Both the position numbers and the translations under genes were made by a program. The notes beneath the pieces were generated by a model. It searched no databases. It had not been told where the DNA came from and saw only the letters and a program-made list of their open reading frames with translations. This document shows positions 32,709-42,627 of a DNA stretch of 64,000 bases, in pieces. The stretch covers positions 515,735 through 579,734 of the forward strand of contig CAVYBS010000009.1 in NCBI GenBank assembly GCA_963766845.1, in the 5' to 3' direction. Numbering within the stretch: the first letter of the stretch is position 1; the number at the start of each line of letters is the position of its first letter. Origin of the DNA: an uncultured bacterium (GTDB lineage: Bacteria > Verrucomicrobiota > Verrucomicrobiia > Chthoniobacterales > SZAS-18).

Positions 32709-34589
32709 ATGATGCCTGATCTTCCGCGAATCTTCGGCGGTAAGAACTCTCGTGTCCGGCCTGCGGTGGGTGTCATTGTGCTGGTGGTGTTCGCTCTGCC
32801 GGTGGGTTCAGCGTTGCTCGCCCAGAAACCGTCGAATCCCTCCCCCTCGCCTGCCGCCGCTGCCAGTCCGGCCACGGAAGCCGATCCCGCGACCCTGCGC
32901 CGCCAACTCGTCGGCCGCACCAACATGACGGCGCGGGTCGTGGACCAGATGGGCCGCGAGGACGCGCCCATCGCTCCCGGCGGTCAGCCCAACGACCCCG
33001 CCCCCGCTGCCCAGGCCGCTGTGGCGCACGAGACCAACCTTTCCCCGGAAGCGGTGCGCAAGGAACTTGACCTGGAGAGCGAAGGCATCCGCCGGCTCGA
33101 AGCCGAGGTCCGCCGCCGGCGCGCCGCGCCGGGCGAACTGGCCGCCGAATGGGCGCACCTCCAGCGCGACGCCCTGTTGGCCCTGGGCGACTGCGAATTT
33201 GCCGCCGGTCACTATGCCGCCGCCGCCGATCCTTACCGGCAGGCGCTGTTGCTCACCGACGAACAAAAAGACGCGATTCTCTGGAGCGCCACCGCGCGCG
33301 GCCTCGCTTCGGCCCTGTGCGCGATGGGTCGTTTCGCGGATGCCGAAGGGTTCGTGCGGCAGGTGCTCGAAAAGGCGAATTCGACCGCCGGAGGCCCCGA
33401 CCGTCCCGGCACGCTGCTGGCCCTCGGCGACCTGGGCGACGTGCTGCGCGGGAAAGGCGATATCGCCGGGGCCGAGGCGATCTACCGTCGCGTGGCCGCC
33501 GCGCACGAACGCAACGACGGCAAGGACGATCCCGACACGCTCGAAAGCATCAACAACCTCGCCAGCCTGCTCTACGCCAAGGGCGACCTGCCCGGGGCCG
33601 AACCGCTCTACCGGCGCTGCCTGGAAGCGCGCGAACGCGTACTCGGCAAGGAAGACCCCGACACGCTCGCCAGCGTCAACAACCTCGCCAACCTCCTGGC
33701 AGCCAAGGGGGATTTCGCTGCCGCCGAGACGCTCTACCACCGCGCGCTCGACGCCCAGGAACGTACGCTCGAACCCGACGACGAGGACACGCTTTCCACG
33801 GTGAACAACCTCGCGCACCTGCTTTACGCCAAGGGCGATCTCGCCGGGGCCGAGGCGATGTACCGCCGCGTGCTCACCGCGCGCGAAAAGGCGTTGGGCA
33901 AGGAAGCGCCGGACACCCTCGACGCCGCCAGCAACGTGGCCGACCTGTTGCGCGCCAAGGGGGACTACGCCGGAGCCGAGGCGATCTTTCGCCGCTGCCT
34001 GGAGGCGCGCGAACGCACCGTGGGCAAGGACGACGCGGACACTTTGGAGAGTGTCAACGACATGGCCGACACGCTCTACGCCGCCGGCAAATATGACGAC
34101 GCCGAGCCATTTTACCGGCGTTGTCTGGAGGGACGCACGCAGGTGCTCGGGGCGGATAACCCGGCTACGCTGGAGAGTCTGAACAACCTCGCCAACCTGC
34201 TCGTGGCCAAGGGCGATCTCGCCGGGGCCGAGGTGTTGTCGCGGCATTGCTTCGAGACCCGCGAGAAAGTGCTGGGCAAGGATCATCCCGACACCCTTTC
34301 CAGTGCGAGCAACCTCGCGCAAATCCTCGACGCGCGAGGCGATCTCGCCGGGGCCGAACCGCTTTACCGCCGCGCCGTGGACGGTCTCGCGCGCACGGTG
34401 GGCAAAACCCACGCGTATTGGCTGGACGCGGCGTATTATTTCGCGTTGCTGAAGCAGCAACAGGGGCACGGGGACGAGGCGCGGGCGCTCGTCAAGGAAG
34501 TCGCCGATAACGCACGCAAGTCGCTGCCCGAGTCCAGTCCCGACCGGAAGAAATACGAGGCTGGACTGCCGAAGGTCCAAACGAAGTAG
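32709..34589 (+). CDS. Secreted tetratricopeptide-repeat protein (42-aa kinesin light chain-like repeats)
   Basis: Signal-like N-terminus; about eight tandem GKDxPDTLxSxNNLAxLLxAKGDxAGAExLYRR units. Confidence 0.88.
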   Translation: MMPDLPRIFGGKNSRVRPAVGVIVLVVFALPVGSALLAQKPSNPSPSPAAAASPATEADPATLRRQLVGRTNMTARVVDQMGREDAPIAPGGQPNDPAPAAQAAVAHETNLSPEAVRKELDLESEGIRRLEAEVRRRRAAPGELAAEWAHLQRDALLALGDCEFAAGHYAAAADPYRQALLLTDEQKDAILWSATARGLASALCAMGRFADAEGFVRQVLEKANSTAGGPDRPGTLLALGDLGDVLRGKGDIAGAEAIYRRVAAAHERNDGKDDPDTLESINNLASLLYAKGDLPGAEPLYRRCLEARERVLGKEDPDTLASVNNLANLLAAKGDFAAAETLYHRALDAQERTLEPDDEDTLSTVNNLAHLLYAKGDLAGAEAMYRRVLTAREKALGKEAPDTLDAASNVADLLRAKGDYAGAEAIFRRCLEARERTVGKDDADTLESVNDMADTLYAAGKYDDAEPFYRRCLEGRTQVLGADNPATLESLNNLANLLVAKGDLAGAEVLSRHCFETREKVLGKDHPDTLSSASNLAQILDARGDLAGAEPLYRRAVDGLARTVGKTHAYWLDAAYYFALLKQQQGHGDEARALVKEVADNARKSLPESSPDRKKYEAGLPKVQTK

Positions 34590-34596
34590 GATAGAA

Positions 34597-34759
34597 CTTC
34601 CGCGCCGCAGGCGTACCCAAATAAGGTAGGGTTGCCTCTCCGAGGCAATCCAAATGTTTCTGGAATACGCGTCGTGCGCACGGAGGTCATCCAAGCCAAT
34701 CTTGGGACGGCTCGGAGAGCCATCCCTACCTTGGGACGATGCGCCTGCGGCGCGGAAGC
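34597..34759. repeat. Family B REP doublet, copy B, with extended inverted flanks
   Basis: Core 34623-34732; outer arms TTCCGCGCCGCAGGCG / CGCCTGCGGCGCGGAA. Confidence 0.87.
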
Positions 34760-34801
34760 TTGCCCCTCATCCAACTTGAGAAGCGGTGTACCTTGTTTGG
34801 A

Positions 34802-35176
34802 TCAGGTCGAAATCTGGTGCCGGTACGTCTCGGCGTCGAGGAGCGTCTCCGTATCCTTGGCGTCCACGTCCTTCAGCTTGAAAAGCCAGCCCCCGGTATA
34901 GGGATCGGTGTTGACCAGCGCCGGGTTGCCCGCGAGCGCCTCGTTGACCTCCACCACCTCGCCGCCGACGGGACAGTAAATGTCGCTCGCCGCCTTGACC
35001 GATTCCACGACGGCCACGGTCTGACCGGCCGTCAGCTTCGTGCCAATTTTGGGCAGATCGACGTACACGATGTCGGTCAACTCGGCCTGCGCGTGGTCGC
35101 TGATGCCCACGCAACCGTCCGAGGCGCGTAGCCATTCGTGGGTCGGGGCGAACTTGAGATCGTCGGGTACGTTCAT
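34802..35176 (-). CDS. gcvH: Glycine cleavage system H protein
   Basis: [20 protein letters not shown] lipoyl-lysine motif, DPY.GGW. Confidence 0.96.
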   Translation of the reverse strand: MNVPDDLKFAPTHEWLRASDGCVGISDHAQAELTDIVYVDLPKIGTKLTAGQTVAVVESVKAASDIYCPVGGEVVEVNEALAGNPALVNTDPYTGGWLFKLKDVDAKDTETLLDAETYRHQIST

Positions 35177-35182
35177 GGAGAA

Positions 35183-35210
35183 AGGATGCAGGATGAAGGA
35201 TGCAGGATGA
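35183..35210. repeat. Tandem heptamer (AGGATGM)x4
   Basis: aggatgc aggatga aggatgc aggatga between gcvT and gcvH. Confidence 0.75.
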
Positions 35211-35233
35211 AAGCAGAAAAACCGCCGGCAGTT

Positions 35234-36400
35234 TCAGATGTAGTCGCCCGCAGGCTTCGGCTGGTCCGCGCGGCGTTTGTAGAGCGGCTTTTTTTCCACC
35301 ACCGCCGCGTAACGCTTGCCGCGGATATCGATGTCGATAGCCGTGCCCGGCTTCGCCAGCGCCGCCGGCAGGTACGCCATGCCGATGCCCGCGCCATCCA
35401 GGCTCGGCGCGAACCCGCCGCTGGTCGTCTCGCCCACGCGCTCGTCGCTGCCCGGCGCGTACACCGCGTAGTGCGAACGCGTCGGCGGGCTTTTGTCCGT
35501 CATGCGAAAGGCCGCGAGGCGTTCGGTGGGGCCGCCGGATTCCTTTAACTTGAGCAAAGCGTCGCGGCCGATGAAATCCCCTTTTTCCTTGAGATCGACG
35601 AACACCCCCAACCCGGCTTCGATGGGTGTACGCTGCGGCGAGAGGTCGGAGCCGTTGAGTGGGTAGCACACTTCCAGCCGCAGGCTGTCGCGCGAGCCCA
35701 GCCCGGCCGGGATCAGGCCGAAGGGCGCGCCGATGGCGAGGAGTTCGTCCCACACGACTTCCGCCGCGCGGGCGGGGATGAACCACTCGAATCCGTCCTC
35801 GCCCGTGTAGCCCGTGCGAGCGACGACGAACGTCAGCCCATCGTGGTCGATCACCCCCACGCCGAAGCGTTCCGGCATCGGCGCGTCCGGCCCGAAGAAC
35901 GCCGCGAAAATCTCCGGCGTGCGCGGCCCCTGCACGGCCAGCGCGGCGAAACGGTCGCTGCGGTTGCTCAATTCCAGCCCGCCGACACCCGTCGGCAGGT
36001 GCGCGGTCAACCAAGCGAAATCCTCGTCGATCTTGGAGGCGTTGACCACGAGCAGAAACTCCCCCGCCGCGTACTCGTAGATGATGAGGTCGTCGATGAC
36101 GCCGCCGGTTTCGTTGAGCAAAAAACCGTACTGGCTCTGGCCCGCGCCGATGCGGTCGAGGTTGTTGGAGAAAACGGAGTTGAGCCACGCCTTCGCGCCG
36201 GGTCCGCTGGCGATGAACTGGCCCATGTGACTGATGTCGAACACCCCTGCCGCCGTGCGGACGGCACGGTGTTCGGCGAGAATGCCGCTGGGGTATTGGA
36301 CGGGCATCGACCAGCCGCCGAAGGGCACCATCTTGCCGCCGAGCCGGACGTGCGCGGCGTGCAGCGGGGTTTGCTTGAGCGAGTCGGGTGCGGAATCCAC
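35234..36400 (-). CDS. gcvT: Glycine cleavage system aminomethyltransferase
   Basis: [43 protein letters not shown]. Confidence 0.96.
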   Translation of the reverse strand: MDSAPDSLKQTPLHAAHVRLGGKMVPFGGWSMPVQYPSGILAEHRAVRTAAGVFDISHMGQFIASGPGAKAWLNSVFSNNLDRIGAGQSQYGFLLNETGGVIDDLIIYEYAAGEFLLVVNASKIDEDFAWLTAHLPTGVGGLELSNRSDRFAALAVQGPRTPEIFAAFFGPDAPMPERFGVGVIDHDGLTFVVARTGYTGEDGFEWFIPARAAEVVWDELLAIGAPFGLIPAGLGSRDSLRLEVCYPLNGSDLSPQRTPIEAGLGVFVDLKEKGDFIGRDALLKLKESGGPTERLAAFRMTDKSPPTRSHYAVYAPGSDERVGETTSGGFAPSLDGAGIGMAYLPAALAKPGTAIDIDIRGKRYAAVVEKKPLYKRRADQPKPAGDYI

Positions 36401-36505
36401 GTTTCACGAATAGACCGCGCGCCGGGGGGATGTCAAAGAAGGATGAATGCAGAGGAAGACACCCGACCTCCGTGTTCTGGATTCTGCCCTTCATCCTTCA
36501 TCCCT

Positions 36506-36552
36506 CATCGTTATCACCCTGCGGGCGATGTCTCGCAGACTCGGCTCATCCT
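36506..36552 (+). repeat. Structured ~45-nt leader repeat (family C), copy 1
   Basis: CATCGTTATCACCCTGCGGGCGATGTCTCGCAGACTCGG embedded in TCATCCT heptamers; copies at 46222-46264 (-) and 46363-46410 (+). Confidence 0.7.
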
Positions 36553-36601
36553 TTCCCCTCTGCCCGGCCATTCTGGCGTCGCGGTTCGTTTCGTCTGTGT
36601 C

Positions 36602-37450
36602 ATGCGCTGGATCAATGCCCTCGAACGCCGCTTCGGGCAGTTCGCCGTCCCCGGGTTGATGCGTATCATCGTCGCGTTCAACGCGCTCGTGTTCCTCCTG
36701 TCACTGGCGACCCCCGCCCTGGTCGGCGTGCTCCAGCTCCGGCCGGACCGCGTGCTGCACGGCGAGGTCTGGCGGCTGGTGAGTTACATCTTCATCCCCA
36801 ACGTCAGCTCCTGGAGCCTGCCGCCGGTCCTGGCGGTGTTCCTCTACCTGCAATTCCTCTGGCTGCTGGGCGAGGGACTCGAACAGGCCTGGGGCAGCTT
36901 CAAGCTCAACCTGTTTTACCTCACCGGGATGCTGGGCACGACGTTGACGGTGTTCCTTTTCCACGCCCCGGACCCCAACGGCGTGTACCTAAACATGTCG
37001 TTGTTTTACGCCTTTGCCACGTTGTTCCCCAACTACCCGATCCTGCTGTTTTTCATCGTGCCGGTCCGGGTGAAGTGGATCGCGTTGTTCACGTTGGCCC
37101 TGGTGGCGTTACAACTCGTGGTCGGCGGGGGCACGGACCGACTGGCCATCGTGGTGGCACTGAGTAACTACCTCCTGTTCTTCGGACCGACGTGGCTGAC
37201 CTATTGGCGCGAACAGGGCCGGATGGTCTCGCGGCAGCAGGATTTTCAGGTGGCGTCGCAACGCGAGCCAGATGAAACGCTGCACCATTGCAAGGTGTGC
37301 GGGCGCACGGAGGTCAGTACGCCCGAACTGGAGTTCCGCGTGTCCAGCGACGGCGAGGAATACTGCGTGGCGCATCTGCCCTCGCGGCGCACGACGTCGG
37401 CGGCCCTCGAAATGCCGCCGCCATTGCCGCAGGAAGCGGAGAGGGAATGA
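36602..37450 (+). CDS. Rhomboid-like membrane protein with C-terminal Cys/His zinc-binding motif
   Basis: GEVWRLVSYIF, LEQAWG, multiple TMs, HHCKVCG...EYCVAH. Confidence 0.75.
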   Translation: MRWINALERRFGQFAVPGLMRIIVAFNALVFLLSLATPALVGVLQLRPDRVLHGEVWRLVSYIFIPNVSSWSLPPVLAVFLYLQFLWLLGEGLEQAWGSFKLNLFYLTGMLGTTLTVFLFHAPDPNGVYLNMSLFYAFATLFPNYPILLFFIVPVRVKWIALFTLALVALQLVVGGGTDRLAIVVALSNYLLFFGPTWLTYWREQGRMVSRQQDFQVASQREPDETLHHCKVCGRTEVSTPELEFRVSSDGEEYCVAHLPSRRTTSAALEMPPPLPQEAERE

Positions 37451-37523
37451 CGAATGACAGACCCCTCAGGCGAAGACTGGCTTCTGCTCCGCTCTGCCTT
37501 CGGTCATTCGTCATTCGTCATTC
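37445..37523. repeat. Inverted heptamer arrays (GAATGAC)x2 / (GTCATTC)x3 between convergent genes
   Basis: Directly visible; contains both stop codons. Confidence 0.75.
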
Positions 37524-38532
37524 TCCCCAACACTCCCCACGCCCGGCCGCTGCTGATCGCCTCGCGCGCCCGCTCGACTCCTGCGACGAGATTGGGCACC
37601 AATCCGGCGACCAAGAAACCCGCCGCCGCGTTGAGCAACACGATGTCCAGGCGCGCTCCGGTGATCTCGCCGCGCAGGATGCCGACTAGCGTGCGGGCGT
37701 TTTCCTCGGGCATGCCACCGCGCAACCCGTCGAGATTTTCCACGCGCGGCAGACCGGCCGTTTCGGGTTCGACGAACAGCGTCTCGATGCCTGCGCCGCC
37801 CAGCTCGAAGCGGCTGACCTGCGTCGGGCCGACCGTGGAGAGTTCGTCCATCCCACCCGCGCCGTGGACCGCCCATGCGCGCCGACGGCCGAGTTGACGG
37901 AGCACTTCGGCAAACGTGCCCGTCAGCGCCGGAGCGAACACCCCGACCAACTGGTGCGCCGGCCGCGCCGGGTTGAGCAAAGGCCCGAGCAGGTTGAAAA
38001 TCGTGCTTGTGCCCTCCGCCGCGAGTTGACGCCGCACCGCCGCCACCGCCGCGAACGCCGGGTGGTACTGCGGCGCGAAAAGGAACCCGAGGCCGGTCGT
38101 TTCCAGCCGCCGGCGCAGGTCCGCCGGGGAGAGGTCAAGCCGCACGCCCAACGCCGCGAGCACGTCCGAGCCGCCGCTCCTGGAGGTGATGGCGCGGTTG
38201 CCGTGTTTGACCACCGCCACGCCGCCGGCCGCCAACACGAAACTCGCCGTCGTCGAGACGTTGAAAAGATGCAGCCGGTCGCCCCCCGTGCCGCACACGT
38301 CGAGCATCGGTCCGGGCAACCGCGCGGGGTCGATTTCCGGGTCCACCGCGCGGGCGAGGAGAGCCTCGGCGAAACCGGCGATTTCGGCGGGTGTTTCCCC
38401 CTTGGCGCGCAACGCCCGCAGGAACGCGGCCTTCGCTTCGTCAGGCTCGCGCAAATCGGTCAGGGCGGTGACGGCGTCGGAGATTTCCGCCGGGCGGAGG
38501 TCGGTGCCGGAGGAGAGAAACGGGAAAGCCAT
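37504..38532 (-). CDS. trpD: Anthranilate phosphoribosyltransferase
   Basis: DVCGTGGD, NVST, KHGNRAITSRSGGSD, FNLLGPLLNP, GMDE. Confidence 0.95.
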   Translation of the reverse strand: MAFPFLSSGTDLRPAEISDAVTALTDLREPDEAKAAFLRALRAKGETPAEIAGFAEALLARAVDPEIDPARLPGPMLDVCGTGGDRLHLFNVSTTASFVLAAGGVAVVKHGNRAITSRSGGSDVLAALGVRLDLSPADLRRRLETTGLGFLFAPQYHPAFAAVAAVRRQLAAEGTSTIFNLLGPLLNPARPAHQLVGVFAPALTGTFAEVLRQLGRRRAWAVHGAGGMDELSTVGPTQVSRFELGGAGIETLFVEPETAGLPRVENLDGLRGGMPEENARTLVGILRGEITGARLDIVLLNAAAGFLVAGLVPNLVAGVERAREAISSGRAWGVLGRMTNDE

Positions 38533-38870
38533 TGGCACCGGACGTTGGGCTAGCTTCGTGTAAAGTCCGCCCGGCCGCAAAGGCGAGGATCGGTAAACGA
38601 ATTTTCCTGTCCTGTTCGTTTTAGCCGCAAAAAGCGCAGAAGACGCAAAAAGCAGAAGATCGACTGGTCTTGCCCTGATTTTGCGGACCATGCGGAGTGC
38701 GGGGTCTAGGGTTGTTTGGCTCAGGTGGCCACCCTATCATCCACTCACGCCCAAAACTTCAGGCGACTTTCCTGGGGATCAATCACGACAACTGTGAACT
38801 GATATCCGTATCCTTCCTGCGCACGAGGAGCCTAACAAAAAGCAAGCGCCGACACAAAAACTCGTCTGCC

Positions 38871-41186
38871 GTGAAGTTCACCCCTCTGCCCCTCATTGTC
38901 CTCAGTATCCTGGGATTCATCGCTGCTCCAACGTCTCAGGCAACGGAATATCACGTTGCCCAGGCCGGAGACGACCGAAATGCCGGCACGCCGAACAGCC
39001 CGCTGCGCACCATCAACGCCGCAGCAAAAGTGGCGTTGCCGGGCGACACGATCACGGTGCACGCGGGGGTGTACCGCGAGCGCGTCGCGCCACCACGCGG
39101 GGGGTCGGACGACACCCACCGCATCACCTACCAGGCGGCTCCAGGCGAGAAAGTGGTTATCACAGGCTCGGCACCCGCCCGGGGATGGAAGAAAGTCGCC
39201 GGCGACACCTGGGAGATCACGATCCCGAATCGCCTCCTGGGCGAGGTCAACCCGTTCGACGAACTCATCTACGGCTCGTGGTTCAAGGGGGATGGCCAGC
39301 CTCACCATACCGGCAGTGTTTATCTGAACGGCCAGGCACTCAAGGAAGCCTTTGTTGCTGCCGATGTCCTCAAACCCGCCGGAACCCCACTCCGCTGGTA
39401 TGCGCGGGCGGATGGGAACGGCGGCCCGGTGCTGATGAATGTCCTGTGGATCAAACCCGCCGGCCAGAACCAGGTGAACGTGGACTCTGGCTCCGCCGAG
39501 GGCGGCGACGCAGCCATCTATTTGGAGACCCCGGGCCATCCCATCGCCTTCGGCTACCTGAAGGATGGATCGCGGCTGCACTACGATGCCGTGGATTTCG
39601 GCGCGGGCGCTGATAGCCTGGAAATCAATGCCGCCTCGCTGGCGCAAGGAGGTTTTGTCGAGCTGCACCTCGACGGGCCGGAGGGCCGACTGCTGGGCAG
39701 TTGCCGGGTGACGAACACGGGCGACTGGCTGGCCTTCAAGACCTTCACCATTCCGCTCTCGGAAAAAGTCTCGGGCAAACAAAATATCTGCTTTGTCCTC
39801 AAGGCTCCGCCCGTGAAACCGGACGGCGTCACCGTGATCCAGGCGCAATTCCCCGCCGGCACGGACCCGAACACTGCGGACGTGGAGGTCAGCGAGAGAC
39901 ACACGGTTTTCTACCCCGAGAAAACCGGCATCAACTACCTCACCGTGCGCGGTTTCACCCTCTGCAACGCCGCGACGAATTGGGCACCCCCCTCGGCCGA
40001 GCAGGTCGGACTCATCGGGCCTCACTGGGCCCGGGGTTGGATCATTGAAGACAACACGATCCTCAACTCGCGCTGCGCCGGCATTTCCCTGGGCCGACCC
40101 ACCTACGGGCATGCGCACCACTACCAGACCCTGCACACCCGGGTATATCCCGCACCCGGCAGCGGGCAGACGGCCGGGCAACTGGTGGATTTCTTCGAAC
40201 GCGCCTCGTGGGACAAAGAAGCTGCCGGCCACCACATCGTACGCGATAACCGCATCTCCTTCTGCGGTCAGGCCGGCATCGTCGGGTGCAGCGGGGGTGC
40301 GTTCAGCCTCATCGAAGGCAACGACATTCACGACATCGATTGCAACGAATCCTACCACGGATGGGAGCAGGGCTGCATCAAGCTCCACTTCGCCATCGAT
40401 ACGGTCATCCGCAATAACCATCTCTACCGCTGTGGGGATTCCAGCGGATTATGGCTCGACTGGGGTGCCCAGGGAGCGCAGGTCGATGGCAACCTCTTTC
40501 ACGATAACCGGTGGGATATGACGGTCGAGGTCTCGCATGGTCCCCTGATGGTGGCCAATAACCTTTTCTTCTCGAAGTCACCTATCGCGATCAACTCGGA
40601 GGGCATCGCGTTTGCGCACAACCTGATCGTCGGAGGCATGAGGTACGACACCGACCGCCGGCAGACCTTTTACTACAAGCCGCACGACAGCGTCTCGCTG
40701 GGCAAGCACGACAATCCGGCGGGCGACATCCGCTGGTTGAACAACATCTTGGGCGGAAGCATCTCATCGCGCTCGAATCCCCCGCCCCTTCCGGTGGTGT
40801 TCGCCGGAAATGTTTACATCGGTGGCGCGTCTCTGCCCACCGCGGCGCGTGGCAAGAGCGGCGATGACCCCGCGGACTCCGCCCTGGTGCTCCCAGAGGT
40901 TCCCGAGCCGGTCCTCGAAGAGAAGCCCGACGGCTGGTATCTAACGTCCACCCAATCCGACGCGTGGCGTAGTACGATTCCCCGTGCCCTGGTGACTTCG
41001 AGCCTGCTCGGCAAAGCGGTGATTCCGAATGTCGGCTTCGAGAACGCCGATGGGTCACCCCTGGAAATCGATGCCGATTACTTCGGGCGCAGGCGCGACG
41101 CACACCATCCGTTTCCCGGTCCCTTCGAGTTCGTCCAAAATGGGAGGCAAACGATCAAGGTCTGGCCGAAGCCGACGCCGCGCTAA
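38871..41186 (+). CDS. Secreted GH120-like beta-xylosidase (parallel beta-helix) with inserted CBM6
   Basis: EYHVA...PLRTINAAA..ALPGDTITVHAGVYRE, AATNWAPP, GLIGPHWARGWIIEDN, IKLHFAID, WLDW; insert with VDFG...TGDW. Confidence 0.82.
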   Translation: MKFTPLPLIVLSILGFIAAPTSQATEYHVAQAGDDRNAGTPNSPLRTINAAAKVALPGDTITVHAGVYRERVAPPRGGSDDTHRITYQAAPGEKVVITGSAPARGWKKVAGDTWEITIPNRLLGEVNPFDELIYGSWFKGDGQPHHTGSVYLNGQALKEAFVAADVLKPAGTPLRWYARADGNGGPVLMNVLWIKPAGQNQVNVDSGSAEGGDAAIYLETPGHPIAFGYLKDGSRLHYDAVDFGAGADSLEINAASLAQGGFVELHLDGPEGRLLGSCRVTNTGDWLAFKTFTIPLSEKVSGKQNICFVLKAPPVKPDGVTVIQAQFPAGTDPNTADVEVSERHTVFYPEKTGINYLTVRGFTLCNAATNWAPPSAEQVGLIGPHWARGWIIEDNTILNSRCAGISLGRPTYGHAHHYQTLHTRVYPAPGSGQTAGQLVDFFERASWDKEAAGHHIVRDNRISFCGQAGIVGCSGGAFSLIEGNDIHDIDCNESYHGWEQGCIKLHFAIDTVIRNNHLYRCGDSSGLWLDWGAQGAQVDGNLFHDNRWDMTVEVSHGPLMVANNLFFSKSPIAINSEGIAFAHNLIVGGMRYDTDRRQTFYYKPHDSVSLGKHDNPAGDIRWLNNILGGSISSRSNPPPLPVVFAGNVYIGGASLPTAARGKSGDDPADSALVLPEVPEPVLEEKPDGWYLTSTQSDAWRSTIPRALVTSSLLGKAVIPNVGFENADGSPLEIDADYFGRRRDAHHPFPGPFEFVQNGRQTIKVWPKPTPR

Positions 41187-41461
41187 AGCGTTTCTCAGTT
41201 GCCTGTCCGGTTTTTCAGCCCCGGCAGGGGCGCAAGAGTTTAGCCCACGGCGTGAGCCGTGGGTGGCAACCGCGCAACGGCCCAGCCCCGGCAGGGGCGT
41301 AAGAAAACCCGCCTGGTGGTCCTCGCAAGGCCGCCGTGTTTTCTTACGCCCCTGCCGGGGCTGGCCTGTCTGGCGATCTTTCCCACGGCTCACGCCGTGG
41401 GCTGAACTCTTACGCCCCTGCCGGGGCTTGCGCAGACCTTACACGCAAACGAAAAACGCTT
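41186..41461. mobile_element. TA-flanked MITE (long form) carrying a family A palindromic unit
   Basis: TA|AAGCGTTT...AAACGCTT|TA ends; outer sequences match 50175-50254 in reverse orientation; family A unit at 41217-41428. Confidence 0.78.
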
Positions 41462-41524
41462 TAGCTGGAGGCCAAGGGACCATGCGGGCAGCGGGGCTTT
41501 TCTTTTCGCCCGATCTATGGCGCA

Positions 41525-42022
41525 ATGACCGTCATGCCTACCTTTGACATCGTCTCAGAAATCGACCGGCAGGAAGTGGACAACGCGCTCAACCAAGCGC
41601 GCAAGGAACTCGTCACGCGCTTCGACTTCAAGGGCACCGTCGCCAGCATCGAGACGCCCGCGCGCGACAAGATCGCTCTCTCCGCCGAGGACGCCACCCG
41701 GCTCAAGGCCCTGCACGAAATCGTCATCGGCAAGCTGGCCCGGCGCAACGTGGACCTGCGCAACGTCGATCACGGCACGCCCGCCGTCTCGTCCATCGGG
41801 CACGCCCGGCAGGAATTGACCATCAAGCAGGGCATCGAAGGCACGCGCGCCAAGGAAATCATCACGGCCATCAAGGCGCAGGGCTTCAAGGTGCAATCCT
41901 CCCTGCAAGACATGGAGATTCGCGTCAACGGCAAGAAACGCGACGACCTGCAAGCCGTCATCGCGTTCTTGCGCGCCAGGGACTTCGGGGTGTCGCTGGC
42001 CTTTAAGAATTTTCGTGATTGA
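41525..42022 (+). CDS. yajQ: YajQ family nucleotide/cyclic di-GMP-binding protein
   Basis: MPTFDIVSE, RFDFKG, RVNGKKRDDLQ, NFRD. Confidence 0.95.
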   Translation: MTVMPTFDIVSEIDRQEVDNALNQARKELVTRFDFKGTVASIETPARDKIALSAEDATRLKALHEIVIGKLARRNVDLRNVDHGTPAVSSIGHARQELTIKQGIEGTRAKEIITAIKAQGFKVQSSLQDMEIRVNGKKRDDLQAVIAFLRARDFGVSLAFKNFRD

Positions 42023-42218
42023 GAGGCCCGACGCGGGGAAGCCCGGTGCGAAAATAACCCGGTCTCCGGTAGGGTGAACACCCGCATTCCGTTCGCTAGC
42101 TTCCCCCCGGCAATGGAATTGCTAGGAAAATGACTCAAAACATGGCCCGGGAGTGATTACCCACCCGTGCCAGACGCTTTTGAACACCCACCCGACCCAC
42201 CAGGAAAACGTCCCGCCT

Positions 42219-42458
42219 TCAGAGATGAAGCTGCGGATACTCCCAGTCGTCGAACCCGCCCCCGCAACGGAAGGTGGGGCACCGGAAATGGACGCAGCCT
42301 TCCCCGTCCTCGAACACCCGGATGTCCCGGCCGATGATGAGCCGCTCGCACCGGGCACAGAACCGGGTCTCCTCCAGCGACCACCATTGCTTGTGCGGGT
42401 CGCTCAACTGGAAGAGACGCAGCTTGCGGCCGGCGGTGAGCGGGAGGGCGGTCAACAT
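42219..42458 (-). CDS. Small zinc-ribbon-like hypothetical protein
   Basis: CARC and CPTFRC cysteine pairs. Confidence 0.6.
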   Translation of the reverse strand: MLTALPLTAGRKLRLFQLSDPHKQWWSLEETRFCARCERLIIGRDIRVFEDGEGCVHFRCPTFRCGGGFDDWEYPQLHL

Positions 42459-42627
42459 GGCGAAAATAAGCTACACTCGGACCGGCCGGACGGCAACGAG
42501 CTTCACCCTCTCCAACCCGGGAAAACGACGCCTTCCATCTCCCTGCGCGCGGGCCACACGCGCCTGGTTCGCTACCCATCCGCCACCACTCACCGCCATG
42601 CGGCGGCCAGCACGGTCGGCGGCGCGC

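Noticed and set aside
33400-34400. 126-bp periodic DNA repeats as DGR or array
   Set aside because: Fully explained by 42-aa TPR units; no adenine-specific variation and no reverse transcriptase
32808-34694. 628-aa antisense ORF, and similar long antisense ORFs over wzt, GH120 and the TonB receptor
   Set aside because: Expected stop-poor shadow frames in high-GC DNA; the opposite strands have clear family motifs
36400-36600. Glycine riboswitch upstream of gcvT
   Set aside because: No recognisable aptamer; the region holds a promoter-like element and the family C repeat
38570-38700. c-di-GMP-I riboswitch-like GACGCAAA
   Set aside because: No properly placed GGCAAAC/GNRA stem; looks like a degenerate short tandem repeat (GCCGCAAAA AGCGCAGAA GACGCAAAA)
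42030-42130. Cobalamin riboswitch-like GGGAAGCCCGGTGCGAAA
   Set aside because: Lacks the downstream GCCACTG and B12-box elements, and no co-oriented gene follows
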